Positions 43,386-55,900 of a DNA stretch of 64,000 bases are shown in pieces. A model generated the notes under the pieces. That model worked only from the letters and a program-made list of their open reading frames with translations, was not told the DNA's origin and did not search any database. Within the stretch, counting starts at the first letter, position 1. Each line of letters begins with the position of its first letter. The position numbers and the translations under genes are program-made. Source of the DNA: Chrysomallon squamiferum (Eukaryota; Animalia; Mollusca); assembly GCA_012295275.1 (NCBI GenBank), contig CM022672.1, positions 9,486,001 through 9,550,000 on the forward strand. Reading direction: 5' to 3'.

Positions 43386-46300
43386 CTCTCACAGTCATTC
43401 ACTTTGTGAATTATTTATACAATACTTTTTATCTTTCTTTTTTTCCCTTTTTATCTCTTTCTCTTTATTCTTGTGATCATTTTCTTTGATTTTTTAAAGA
43501 TTTCAGCACAGATCGCTCGACAATAAATACTTCACATGAGAGAATCAGAGAAAGAAAGAAAGAAAAAGAGTCTGAGAAAAAAAGGAGACACAGACAGACA
43601 AAATAAATGAGGGACATTAAAATTTGATCCATGTGCCCTACTAAAAATAACAAATCATTTCTCTGTAAAATGAAATGAACTAAAAATAAAAAAACGATAA
43701 GAAGGCAAAAATACTGCTAATAATAATCACACTAATAATACTACTAATAATAATCACATTAACTTAAACAAATAAAAGTAAAAAAAAAAAAAAAAAAGTA
43801 TTGCCTGAGTATTTTTTTTCGCAGCTTCAGGGTTGAGCTATATATCTCTCTTCAAACGATGACAAAGTCATTATAAAGGCGGCTCATTAAAATGTTCTAT
43901 TTTTCAACGAAAACAAATTAAAGCACGATTTTGCTCCGTTTCCGATAGATATTGAAAAACAAATGGGATACGAGAAATGCCGTTAATGATACATACACTG
44001 TTCTGTCCAAACAGCTCAGCCCCCCAAAACGAATTGCTTACGAGAAAATAAGCATCACATTAGAAAGAAAGCCAATTTTCATCTCTGCGTCTGAACAGGA
44101 AATATCAGGGCTGGTTATCTAATACCATTACAATGACAAATACTGTTCAGTCTGGCAAATATCTCCCGACACGTATCCCTAAAGGACAGCGAGCAGAACA
44201 GAACCAGCTGTAGAGAATGTGGAGCAGATTAAAATTTCCCTTTAATGATCTCTTTGTTTCGTGTGGCAAAACATGAGCTGGTGTCGTCAAGGCGCTATAA
44301 ATAAACGTGGTAGACTTTTTCATGACGGTCGCATATTGGTTTCGTTGAAACTGAGAGAGTCTGTTTTTTTCATGAAAAGGAAATAAAATAATAGTCATCA
44401 CGTTTTTGTTCTGAGAGTAATGGCTCGGCAAAGGCAGCTCGCATGTAGGTCACTGGATGAATAAACAGACAGGTAGATAAATAGACAGGTAGATAAATAG
44501 ACAAATACGAATGTTTTAGGTAAGAAATTTAAGTTCGCAATACAATAGGCATAGGTAAGAGTTAGTTAAGTTTATATATTTATATTTGTACAAGCACAAC
44601 CTTGAAATGTCAGAACGAACCAGTGGAACAGTACACATAAGTAGGTACAAATATGCCACGCACACATACACTCACACTCACATAATACACACACATACAC
44701 ACATACACATAAATACAGATATGCATACAAACATACAAACACTCATATAAATACATACATTCATTCATGCATATACACATAGATGCAAACATAGATACAT
44801 ACATCCACACATACGTTTATACATAGACGTTACAGACATACATAGATTGATATATCGATTCATGCACACATACAAATATACATACATACAAAGAGAAATG
44901 AGGCAGTGACAGCAATCTCATTCTCTCTGACTGCTAATCCATAAACCAAATATTCATCAGCGCTGTATATTTCGCCCTAGAAATCTCTTCAGTAACTACA
45001 TGTTTCTTTTCGTTCTTAATTAATTTTAAAAACTGTTGTGATTATTTCTCGTCGAGCAAACATCATTTCTGGAGAGACTGTCGAAGATTTACACGACCTT
45101 ACAAAGAAACCGTGTGATTTGAACTGAGTGTATTTCAGTCTGTATCAGCTTTTACTAATAAATGTCACGTTAATTCCTGCACAGTATTTTCCTGCATGAT
45201 AAGATAGGCTAAGTAAAGATCTTAAGATGTTTGGCCTTGATCTTTGTAGTGGGGGGAAAAAAAGACAAATGTGTTCTTCTAATCAAGCAAATTATGTTGG
45301 CTTTTTTTAACGTAAACATATTCGTCTTTGAAATTTAAAATAGACGCTGCGAAGAGCAAACAGAAATATAATTTTTCATCTGACAATGACGTGATTGGCT
45401 GAGACTTTGAATTTGAACATCCGTGAATTCCGCATGCCTGAATGACGTCATATGTGTATTTAAGAGAAGTTATATTTATCGTTATATTGGTTTTAATCCA
45501 TGCTGTCAAAATAAAATGCAAACAGGTAAGCATATGCATAAGTAATCAAGAAGAATCTCAGTTATTAATCAGAAGCAGTACCTTTTTATACACACCTTTA
45601 CAAAATATTCGAAAGAGAAAGAATAGTCTACGACTTTTGATAAAACAGCTGTTTTCGGGAAGACGTAGACTATCGTTAGATATTTCTTTAAGTCGCGGTT
45701 CTATTTGTCAGCTGTTTTTTGGTATTATTTATTTCAGTTTTATTGCTATTTGATTTCCAGTTATTTCCATTGTTCAGCAAACTTAATGAAGCTTCTGTAA
45801 ATTCTGCAGTTTATTTCAGATGATGTAAACATATGCTCAGAATCACACACAAACATACACATACATAAAAACACTCACAAACACAGACAAAAATAAAACA
45901 CAGAAACAAGAACACACATACAGACACAAACACAGAGAGACATACACATAAGCACATATCACGAGGTTTTATATTTCAAGGACTAAAGCTGTTGTCGATT
46001 TTTATTAGGTAGTGGTTAGATTGGGAAATTTATCAGTGGCTAATGTTAAAACCCAGTGCAATAGCTTCATCCAGTTCATATCAGAAACTCCGCTTAACTG
46101 AAACTAAGAACTTTTAGTTTAGTCATGTTAACTGTTAATAACATAACAAAACAGGATATGACATCTCTTTTAAGTCTCCCTAGTTGTCTAAAAAGCGAAT
46201 ATATTATTGTCCTGTCATATTTTGCTTATTGTTAAAATATAACTATCTTATTCCTTGGGATTTCTTTCATTTGTTTCTTTTGTTTGTAATATATATATAT

Positions 46301-46474
46301 ATATATTTATTTATTTTATTTTTATTTATTTTTTACTATATAGAACCAGTATATAATTTTTTTCTTATTCTATTTAATTTTTTTATTTGCTTGTTTTTTA
46401 TTATTATTATTAGTAGTAGTAGTAGTAGTAGTAGTATTTTATTTTATATTTTATTTTTATTAATTATTTTATTT

Positions 46475-46505
<31 letters not shown>

Positions 46506-46524
46506 CTATATATATATATTTTTT

Positions 46525-46561
<37 letters not shown>

Positions 46562-47555
46562 CACAAATCAGCTTTTGGAGGAAGATTTAATCTCACTTTT
46601 TAATGTAACCCGTTTTCTCGTCATTGCGGATTTTTTTTTAAAAATTTAGTTCAATTCACCTTGATTCGGTGTTTCTAATCAAGCAGCAAACTCTACTACG
46701 AAATGTATTAAGAAAAAAAAGTATTAAATGCTTTAATATAACATTAGTTGGGGGAATCGGTGCAATTTAAAGAGAGTTATATTAATATATAATCATTAAA
46801 CACAAAACATCAGTAATTTGCACAGACCAAGTAATGCAGTTATCAGGAAACATCTGGAAATTTTTCTCCTCATTTAACACTAAAATGAACTAGAAAAACC
46901 TGTATCGTTAATTAAATGAGCTGTAAATTATTAGTACACGTTAATCTGAAGAAAATGGCCATAGCAAAATGTGTATGGTAAATGAATGTATGTTGGCCTA
47001 AACGAACCTTTTTTTTTTTTTTTTTTTTTTTTTGATACATAAATACGTATTTTATCAGTGTATTGTTTCTGTTCTTTCCTCTGTATCTGATTCTTGATAT
47101 AAAAGTATTTTATAAATCACGAAACATTAAAGATATCGACTGTACGAGACAGGTATAGTATCACTTTTACGTCATAATGTTAAGTTTATTAATAGCCCGC
47201 TCTGTTAAAATAATAATAATTCTTGATTTCCTTTTCTTTTATCCTTCTTCTTGTTCTTATGTTCGTGTTGTTATTGGTTTTTTCGTCTTTCTTTCTGATT
47301 TTTTTTTTTTCGTATAATTTTCCATATATGAAGGGAAATAACTCTACTTATTAAACAGATTAACAACTAACTTCGTCTTCTGATTATACTTTTTTATTTA
47401 TTCATATTTGTTATTTTATTGTTGTTGCTTTTACTATTGTTTGTTATACGTATTAAATATTGTTTTATGGTTTAGTTTTATTGAAAAACACCATAAGTAT
47501 CTTCATTTTTTCCCACATTTGTTTTCTGATTTAAAATTATTTGAAACATATCATT

Positions 47556-47598
<43 letters not shown>

Positions 47599-48621
47599 AG
47601 ACAGGGAAGATGTGTATGTGTGTGTGATTAACGGATTGATCAATGAATGTTAGGATGTATGACTGCGTGGGTAGGAAAGATACTTTGTGGATGAATAGTG
47701 GGTGGATGAATGAGTTTTACTGAGCTATATTAAAATAAATTACAGAAAACTCAACATTTAATTTGTTTTGACGCCTACGCTTACATACTGCATTATCTTT
47801 TTCTATACTACTTATTTTCTGTTTAATTTACACTTTGCCATTTTTCATTTACAGTCTGTACTGTATTTATTTATTTTTATTTTCATTTGACGTTTTGAAC
47901 AAGCTAATTTACTGAAATTATGATTTCTTTTCTCTCTTTTCTATTATTTTTAAATTTTTCGTAAATTTGCTTAAACAAGATAACTTTTTTTTTACTTTTT
48001 GTATAAACAATTCATCGTTTCTTGATAATTATTACCGAACACTTGCAAATTTGTTTTATCGTTCATATTTGTTTAGTTTATTGGTTAATCTTTATTCTTG
48101 TCTCGTTATTTCATTTCTATATGTACAAAACAAACGATGCGATTCAAACACTGTCGCGCTTTGTTAGCTTCATTTTATTTTCAAAATGGCGGATATCCTC
48201 AAATCCATTTTTACGACAACAACTAACTCAAAATGAATACTAAAAACAGCCAACCCCATCGACCTATGGTGAAGTAATTCGGCAATATCTTCACTTTATA
48301 CATGCAATTACTCGAGCGGTAATAAATTTGTTTTGATGGGCCATTAAATCATTCCCGACAAATTATTGTCAGCCATTAATGATCACGTGCTCAACATTCG
48401 AAATATCGTCTGCCTCGTTTTCGGATGAAACTGTTTGACTGTAAGACTACAACAATACCGAAGCGAGTGCATATATATATTTAATTGCCAAAACAATGTT
48501 GGTTACTTGTATTTAACGACGAGCGTCGTGTTTCCTAGATAACAAGTATTGTCTGAATGTTAAATATTTAATGGATTTAATGCCAAAAATTACAATAAAT
48601 TTAGCGCTGGCGGAATGCAAT

Positions 48622-48943
48622 TACATCCACTGCTTTCATAAATATGACTGTTGTTTTTCGATAAGCGGCCACTGAACTTTCCGCCATTATTTTGTAGAAT
48701 TTTGTTGTTATGTTGAAATATAATAAGAAAAGTATAAGAAAATAATAGTCCCATAGAAAACATTACAAATGGCAGAAATATTTTAATGTTTGTATGTGGA
48801 ATAAAAAAGAAAAAAGAAAAAGAATGGTTGCTGATTCTTTGCGAACAATAGTGACCACGCAAGTAAATTTATTAAATATGTATATTTATGTTTGTATAAT
48901 GCGTAAATTTGTCTGTTGTTTGTGCATGCTGATATAAAGCTAC

Positions 48944-49039
<96 letters not shown>

Positions 49040-49297
49040 ATCCACTGCTTTCATAAATATGACTGTTGTTTTTCGATAAGCGGCCACTGAACTTTCCGCC
49101 ATTATTTTGTAGAATTTTGTTGTTATGTTGAAATATAATAAGAAAAGTATAAGAAAATAATAGTCCCATAGAAAACATTACAAATGGCAGAAATATTTTA
49201 ATGTTTGTTTTGGAATAAAAAAAAAAAAAAGAAAAAGAATGGTTGCCTTTGTGAACAAGATATTTTATTAAATATGTATATTTATGTTTGTATAATG
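48622..49297. repeat. Local direct duplication of a ~270-bp segment (48622-48901 and 49037-49297) separated by a short spacer and a (TC)n tract
   Basis: tacatccactgctttcataaatatgactgttgtttttcgataagcggccactgaactttccgcc... is identical over roughly 170 bp in both copies, then differs by small indels. Confidence 0.92.
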
Positions 49298-51404
49298 TCA
49301 TGCTGTATAAAGTATTTCTGTTTTAACAAGATATTTCAGTCATTGTGTCAAGTATTTGTTTAAGCTCAGAACAATCTATTTACAGTCTCTACTACCAACA
49401 GTTATACCTACATAGATACCTACCTACATATAATACATATAAACACATACAGATAGACAGATAGGCAGTCAGACAGACACACGGAGACATTCACACACAG
49501 AGACATATATAGCATCTTTTTACTTCACCTGTATCTATTTTGTGAATTTTTATCTATTAGTCTGTTTTTTTCTATTCATTTCGGAATGAAGGGAACAGAA
49601 ATACATTACTTCTTCGGCGTTTATCTAAATTAAATAAGTGTGGGAATAAATCTCACCAGTGTTTTAATCAGCCATGTTCGGTTAGCCTTTAATCAGTCAG
49701 TGACCTGAACGAAAAACCTTTAAAATGATCTATGTCATTTCATAGGATTCGTTATACTTATTAGCTAAACCGAAGCGTCATAGCGATTTAACACAAATGG
49801 TTCATATCTTGTCAGAAACATTCGTCATCCAAAACGAAAGCGTAAAACATTTGACAATCATTGTTTCAGAATTTTCCTAAATTGGGTTTTTTTTCAAGTT
49901 CTGCTCGAAGATGGATTTCTTTTATTTGATTTATGCGTACAAAGCCATCAAAATGCGTGAGTCGCTGACGTAAAATAGATTACGCAGGGAACCAAAATGG
50001 CGTGTAATGTTTTTAAGTGACTTCAGCAGGAAAACCTTCACCACCTCAGTTTAAATACATGGCATGATTTTGGATTATGAGTTTTATTAGTAATAACATT
50101 TTTCACAGAAAAAAAGAGAGAAAGAAAAGAACCTGTAGATCAAAGTTTTATCACTGGCTTCATTTTATTTCTAAATAACTGTTCTCTAGATTATATTCAA
50201 GAGTAGGAGGCTTTTTTTTTTTTGGTCCCCTAGCGGAAAGTGATACTCTAAGTGGAGCTTTCAAAATATTTTAAGTAGATTACTTTATTACTAAGTCTGC
50301 TACTATCAGTACTACTGCAACCACCACTACGTCATTGAGAAAGTGTATTATCTTAAAGCTTGCACAACTACTACATCAACAGTATCTAATACAAGAACGT
50401 TTTCTCTTCCTCCTCCCGTTCCTACTACTACAACTACCACGATTGCTGCTATTGTTTTCGTTGATATTGTAGTTATTATAATATATGTTTATCGGCGAAA
50501 ACTAATTTCCTGTGCGCGTAAATAACTTTGCTCCATAAATCAAGTAATCTAACCAAAAGTACAAATTTCAACTTTCACTGGAGGCCAAAAAAGCGATTGC
50601 TAGAACATCCTAACTTTTGACATTTTCTTGTATAAATTGTAACATTCTTGCTCGAAAAGCAAATTAAGTGCGAAAAGTTTAATTACATTCATACCATGAA
50701 ATTAAATCAAGGTAATTTACAGTAGTTTGCCGAGCCTAGACCAGCAACGAAGTTAATTTGCCACCAAATTTACCACTGTTGTCAATAGGGGGCCTGTGTA
50801 TCATTTTATCCGATTGTCGTGTCGTGCAGAACTAATAGATGATACATAAGAATGTCTTTCTTCATTGGCGCACTGATTTTCCTCACTTGAAATAAGTGTA
50901 AATCAAAGATGTCTGATAGTCAGAGAAGAAACAGTTGCGAACCACGTCAGCGGAATAAAGACACAGCGCCGTGTAATAGCGCGATATTTCTGTCACATAA
51001 ACGCGATGAGAAATAATTTGGCTGAAGCTGTTTGAAGTCTGACAAATATATTAACTACTGGACGACTTAAAGTGTCATCAATCTAACTCGAGGTAAATCG
51101 TACCGTCTGAGTTTCTGGCTGCTTACGCACCAAGTGAGATCCACACTGATGGAATTTGATACAACAGAATCTTTGAAACGGAATGGCAGAGAACAGTAAT
51201 GAATTCTGTAATTATAGAACGGGAAAGAGAAAACGTCTTACAACAGCGGTAACTCCATTTCTGAAAGTTACAGGAGTCTCAGTAGAATACAATTAAAATA
51301 TTTTATGGTTAAAATTAAGAAAAGAATCATACCGCCTGGACGAGTGGAACCACCCCAAAAATTAATCTAAACATGCTGAGATTTACATATTGATTTTCAA
51401 TTTA

Positions 51405-51410
<6 letters not shown>

Positions 51411-51457
<47 letters not shown>
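51411..51457. repeat. (AT)n microsatellite
   Basis: Direct observation. Confidence 0.95.
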
Positions 51458-51462
<5 letters not shown>

Positions 51463-52496
51463 CAAAACAGTCAGGGTTCAAATAAATTTTGTTATAAATA
51501 TTAGATTTGTATGTAAATCTATATAATCTAAATATAGCAGAGATAATGCCTTTTTTTTTTTTTTTTTTTTATTTGTCAAATGAATATGCATACCAATTCC
51601 AAATGTAAAAATAAAAAAAAACGTTTTGAAGAGATCTATAATAGTGTAAAAGATATCGTATTTCAAAGTTTTCAAAACTCAATTTTCTGTGTATCGGTAT
51701 TTTGACGGTTTAAAAAAAATAAAAGTCGACATTAAATCACCAAAAGATAATTTCAAGAGATATCTGATTTGCATCATATATTCAATAAAGTGTTCTTCTG
51801 GTGAAGACTTTAATAGAGGCAGACTTACTGAGTTGAATGTTTTACGCCTTTCAGTTGATAGATGACTATCATTCCTGAGTAAGAGTTGTTGTTCGTGAAT
51901 AGGTAATTTTTTTCTTCTTCTTTTTTAGTTGTCGTTCCTGAGGGGTTATTTTATTTTTTTTCAGGAATCTGGCACAGTGACGTCACTTCAAAGGGCTATT
52001 AAATAATGAATATGTTATTTATAAAATACTAGGAAGAATGTGAAAGAAAATAGTTCTAAATGTTCCATTTAATCCATCTAATCAGCGTAATCGACTGTTT
52101 TCGTTTTTGACTTCTTGTTTTTTCTTCTAATATTCAGTTGCCATTTTTATCAATTTTGCTGTTTCGCTTTATTTTCGGATTTTCAATTGTCTTTTTAAGA
52201 ACTTCCCCTAGCAAAATAAATTCATATTTAATATCATTCTGCTTTAAAACATATAGTAAATTAGCGTAACATTTTCTATTATTATTTTTGATTTTTATCA
52301 TTTTAAAATTTATGTTCAATTTGTATTTGTTAATGATTCACTGGAATTCATAAGCCCACACTAGGTCATATTTCAGTGCTTTGCTTACAAAATAATAACT
52401 GATAAGTGACTCTTCATACTGGATTTTCAGGAGGATGCACCAGTGTAATAAAAACAGAGAAGTATTATTTGAAAACACAGTATGTGCTTTAAAACA

Positions 52497-52502
52497 TTTA
52501 TT
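52497..52502 (-). terminator. Candidate PSMD4 polyadenylation signal (a more proximal AATAAA lies at 52751-52756)
   Basis: AATAAA on the minus strand about 290 nt after the stop. Confidence 0.35.
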
Positions 52503-52788
52503 CCTTCCTTTCGTAATGCATTCACAAATTCCATTTTTGCAAAACACGGTAACAATATTCTTATAGTTAGAATACTTCAACTGCTGAAAACACAACTACT
52601 TTACTAATTCGTTTTAAATCTTTAAACTCGTGTTGAACTCTTTCCTCTTTTAAATACAGTCATCGATACAGAATTATTACATTTTATAAATGGACTTGAA
52701 AACATTTTGTGTATTAAACTTCAGAAAGCTTTGAGAAAATTCCTCTCAAATTTATTTTAATGATTCAATATTTTTAATGATAAAATTT

Positions 52789-52977
52789 TTATTTATTATT
52801 ATCTTTGTCCTTTGTATCTTTCTTGCTGTCATCTTTTTTAGGAGTATCTTTCTGAGTGAGAGCACTGACAGCGTTCTGAATAGCTTCACTGTGTGGGTCG
52901 ACACCAGGCAAACTTTCCAAAACACTTTGTAGAAACTCCGGGTCGTTCACGACTGCCAAGAAATCCTCCATTTCTTC
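52789..52977 (-). CDS. PSMD4: PSMD4 exon 11, terminal ([62 protein letters not shown])
   Basis: ctgttcacag|GAA GAA...AAA TAA; 189 nt. Confidence 0.95.
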   Translation of the reverse strand, partial: EEMEDFLAVVNDPEFLQSVLESLPGVDPHSEAIQNAVSALTQKDTPKKDDSKKDTKDKDNNK

Positions 52978-55900
52978 CTGTGAACAGAGAATGCTAACAT
53001 ATGTCACACAATAAAACAATACTGAAAAGGATAAAAGTAACTGGAACAGTAGCTTTACTTTTAAATGAAATAATATAATCCACTAAAAGCTAAAATTTAC
53101 CAACACTGAATTTTAAAAAATAAAATTGTGAATTACTAGATTTAAAAATAGTTCTGATTATACATTAATTATACCCAAAACTGTTATAAAACTAAAAATA
53201 ATACTACTAGAGTGAAATCAAGATCAAATTAAATGCAATAAAAAATGTATTGGTTTGATTTTAAATTAAATGTGGAAATGAGTGTTCGTGCACTGCTCTG
53301 TAAAAATAATTCTAAATCAAAAATGTTTAATAAACATCAGAAGTAAACCTGATATGAATTAAGAAACCTATGACAGCCATTTTAGAATTTGAACAAAAAT
53401 TACAGAAACAATTTTTTATTTTTTTTAAATTTATACCCAAATATATACTGTTAATAATTTTACCGGTTTTTTATCAGACTTTTCATCTTTGTCATCTTTC
53501 TCTTCATCAACTTCCATCGGTCCTGGAGTTACATCATCCTGACTTGACTCTGAAAATTAAAATATCCAAACCATGTAAAACCAAATTACAAAGAAAGCAA
53601 GATGCATTGAAAAGACTTGCCCATACTGCTTATCACAACACATCAATTTCCTTGTACCTGATGTTTTATGAGGACATATTTATTATAATTATCTGCAATC
53701 ACCAATTAAAACAAGTATTAGTACTTATTTTATTTATGTGTCACTGATAACTGACCTGGGTCCATAGACAGTCTCATTGCGTATGCTATCTGATCTTCTT
53801 CAGACATGGAAGAAAAATCAGGAATTGGAGTTGGGTCAACAGAAGAATCCTCCGGCTGTACAGACTGTGCCATTGCTTGTTCAAGCAGAGCATCATCAAC
53901 ATTGCCAACTATAAAAAAAAATCATATATACATATAACATACATCAAATACTGTTATTTAATGAATACTACAGTTTTAGAATAATTAATTAAAGTAACAT
54001 ATATTTTGATGAATGAATTCAATGAATGCTAGAACTGTCACAAAAAAGATAATGTGCTCTTCTAGAATCCAAGCCACAATTCATCGAGTAAATTTAAACA
54101 ACTATCCCAAAAAAATTATGAAAGTTATTATAACAAGATTTCATTGTAAATCCTTGAAAAGCTAGGGCTCGAGTGTTCCTGGATAATCAATTACCTTCAC
54201 TGACAACAAATAATATATGAATATTAAATAAATGAGCATAATATATTTCATTTTTGAGTAACAGGCTTATTTCGTGCCAAACTGATTTCTAAAAAATGTG
54301 CAAAGATGTGTATAATAAATGTTCACCTTCTTGAATAGGTGTGCTGATTTCCATTACTGACTGTGCTGTGTCGCGAGCGTCTTTCTCCTGTCGAGCACGC
54401 TGTTCTTCCATTGACACACGCAGAGCCTAAATAAAAACAACAATCTTTGTCTGAACTAAATCATTCTAGTTTTATACATTTAATAAATATATAGTTTAGA
54501 ATTCAACAATACATGAGCCTAAATAAAAACAACAATCTTTGTCTGAACTAAATCATTCTAGTTTTATACATTTAACAAATATATAGTTTAGAATTCAACA
54601 ATACTCAGAGCCTAAATAAAGACAACAATCTTTGAACAAAATCATTCTACTTTTATATATTTTCTAAATTTAAAAGTTCAGAATTCAATAATACCCAGAG
54701 TCTAAATAAAGACAACAATCTTTACTGAGGAAAATCTTTACACATTTCCTGTACAGATTTAATTATTTTCTAGCTTACAGCTGGAAATCACACAGAGCCT
54801 AAAGGTAACCATCTCTGCTGAATCAAATCATTTTACTTTTTTATTGTATTTAATAAATTTATAATTAGGAATCTGACAATTCACAATGCCTAAAGATAAC
54901 AATCTTAATTGAACAAAATCCTTCCACTTTTCTGTTACACATTTAATAAATGCAGATGCTTAGATCTTGACAATAAGGCATTTTTCTTGGTTGTTTATAA
55001 TGCCAAGGATTACTTTCAAACTCTTAGTAATGTTTTAGTAACGTTTATTTTTTTTTATATAAGATACTGTTATTTATTTCTGACCCATCTAATTCAAGGG
55101 AGATGAGGACTAAGCATTTTATTTTTTTTAAGATACTGTTATTTATTTCTGACCCATCCAATTCAAGGGAGATAAATACTAAGCATTTTTTTTTTTTTTT
55201 AGTAAAATAAGCTGATACTGGGATAAAAATCTTAACACCAAGTTATTTATTGCATTATCAACTCTGCAGATAAATAATAACTGATGAGGCAAAATAAAAC
55301 ATAAACCATTCACAAGGCCATCTTTGTCTAAATTATAATTAAATAATGTAATGACAGTTATTATTAACAGCAAATTATTATGGACAGCCATTTTGAGGTG
55401 ATTACTAGTAATAAATTTCAAAAAAAAACCTAAAATGATTAACAATATAAATACAATTAGTCAAAGAGTTGGAAATGATTAATTATATATCTCAGAAAAC
55501 TGCAAAATTGTATTAATGAATTTAAAAACAGTAAAAAAAAAAAAAAATACAAACATTCAAGTGTGTATGATAAATTCTCAAAATTGATAGGAATTCATTA
55601 ACTTAGCAGAAAGCCATCATGAAAAAATTATTATAGTAATATAACATTTAAAAACAAAAAAAAATGTTTATAATCATTTATGTAATTAAACTTGGATAAG
55701 AACCCACAATTAATTTTTAAGACAGGCAGAGAGGAAAGGACTGAGAGAGAGACAGAAATAGAAAATAAGCATATTAATAAAATTTTACCAAGGCTAGTTC
55801 AGGATCTTCATTAGGATCCACCCCAAATTCAAATCCTACTGCACTCATTCCTGCTCCACCTCCATCCTCACCCACAATTACAGGAGAACTGAGTAGAGCA

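Noticed and set aside
50221-50232. TTTGGTCCCCT matching the 5' end of miR-133
   Set aside because: The match stops after 11 nt, begins within a poly-T run, and no precursor hairpin is visible.
50782-50796. CTCF-like motif (tcaatagggggcct)
   Set aside because: Several mismatches in the core; expected by chance.
53550-53755. Possible H/ACA snoRNA in PSMD4 intron 9 (two weak hairpins on the minus strand)
   Set aside because: No properly placed ANANNA H box; the pairing is weak and AU-rich.
54421-54955. CRISPR-like reading of the ~92-bp periodic array
   Set aside because: Whole units are homologous with no unique spacers, it lies in a eukaryotic intron, and there are no cas genes.
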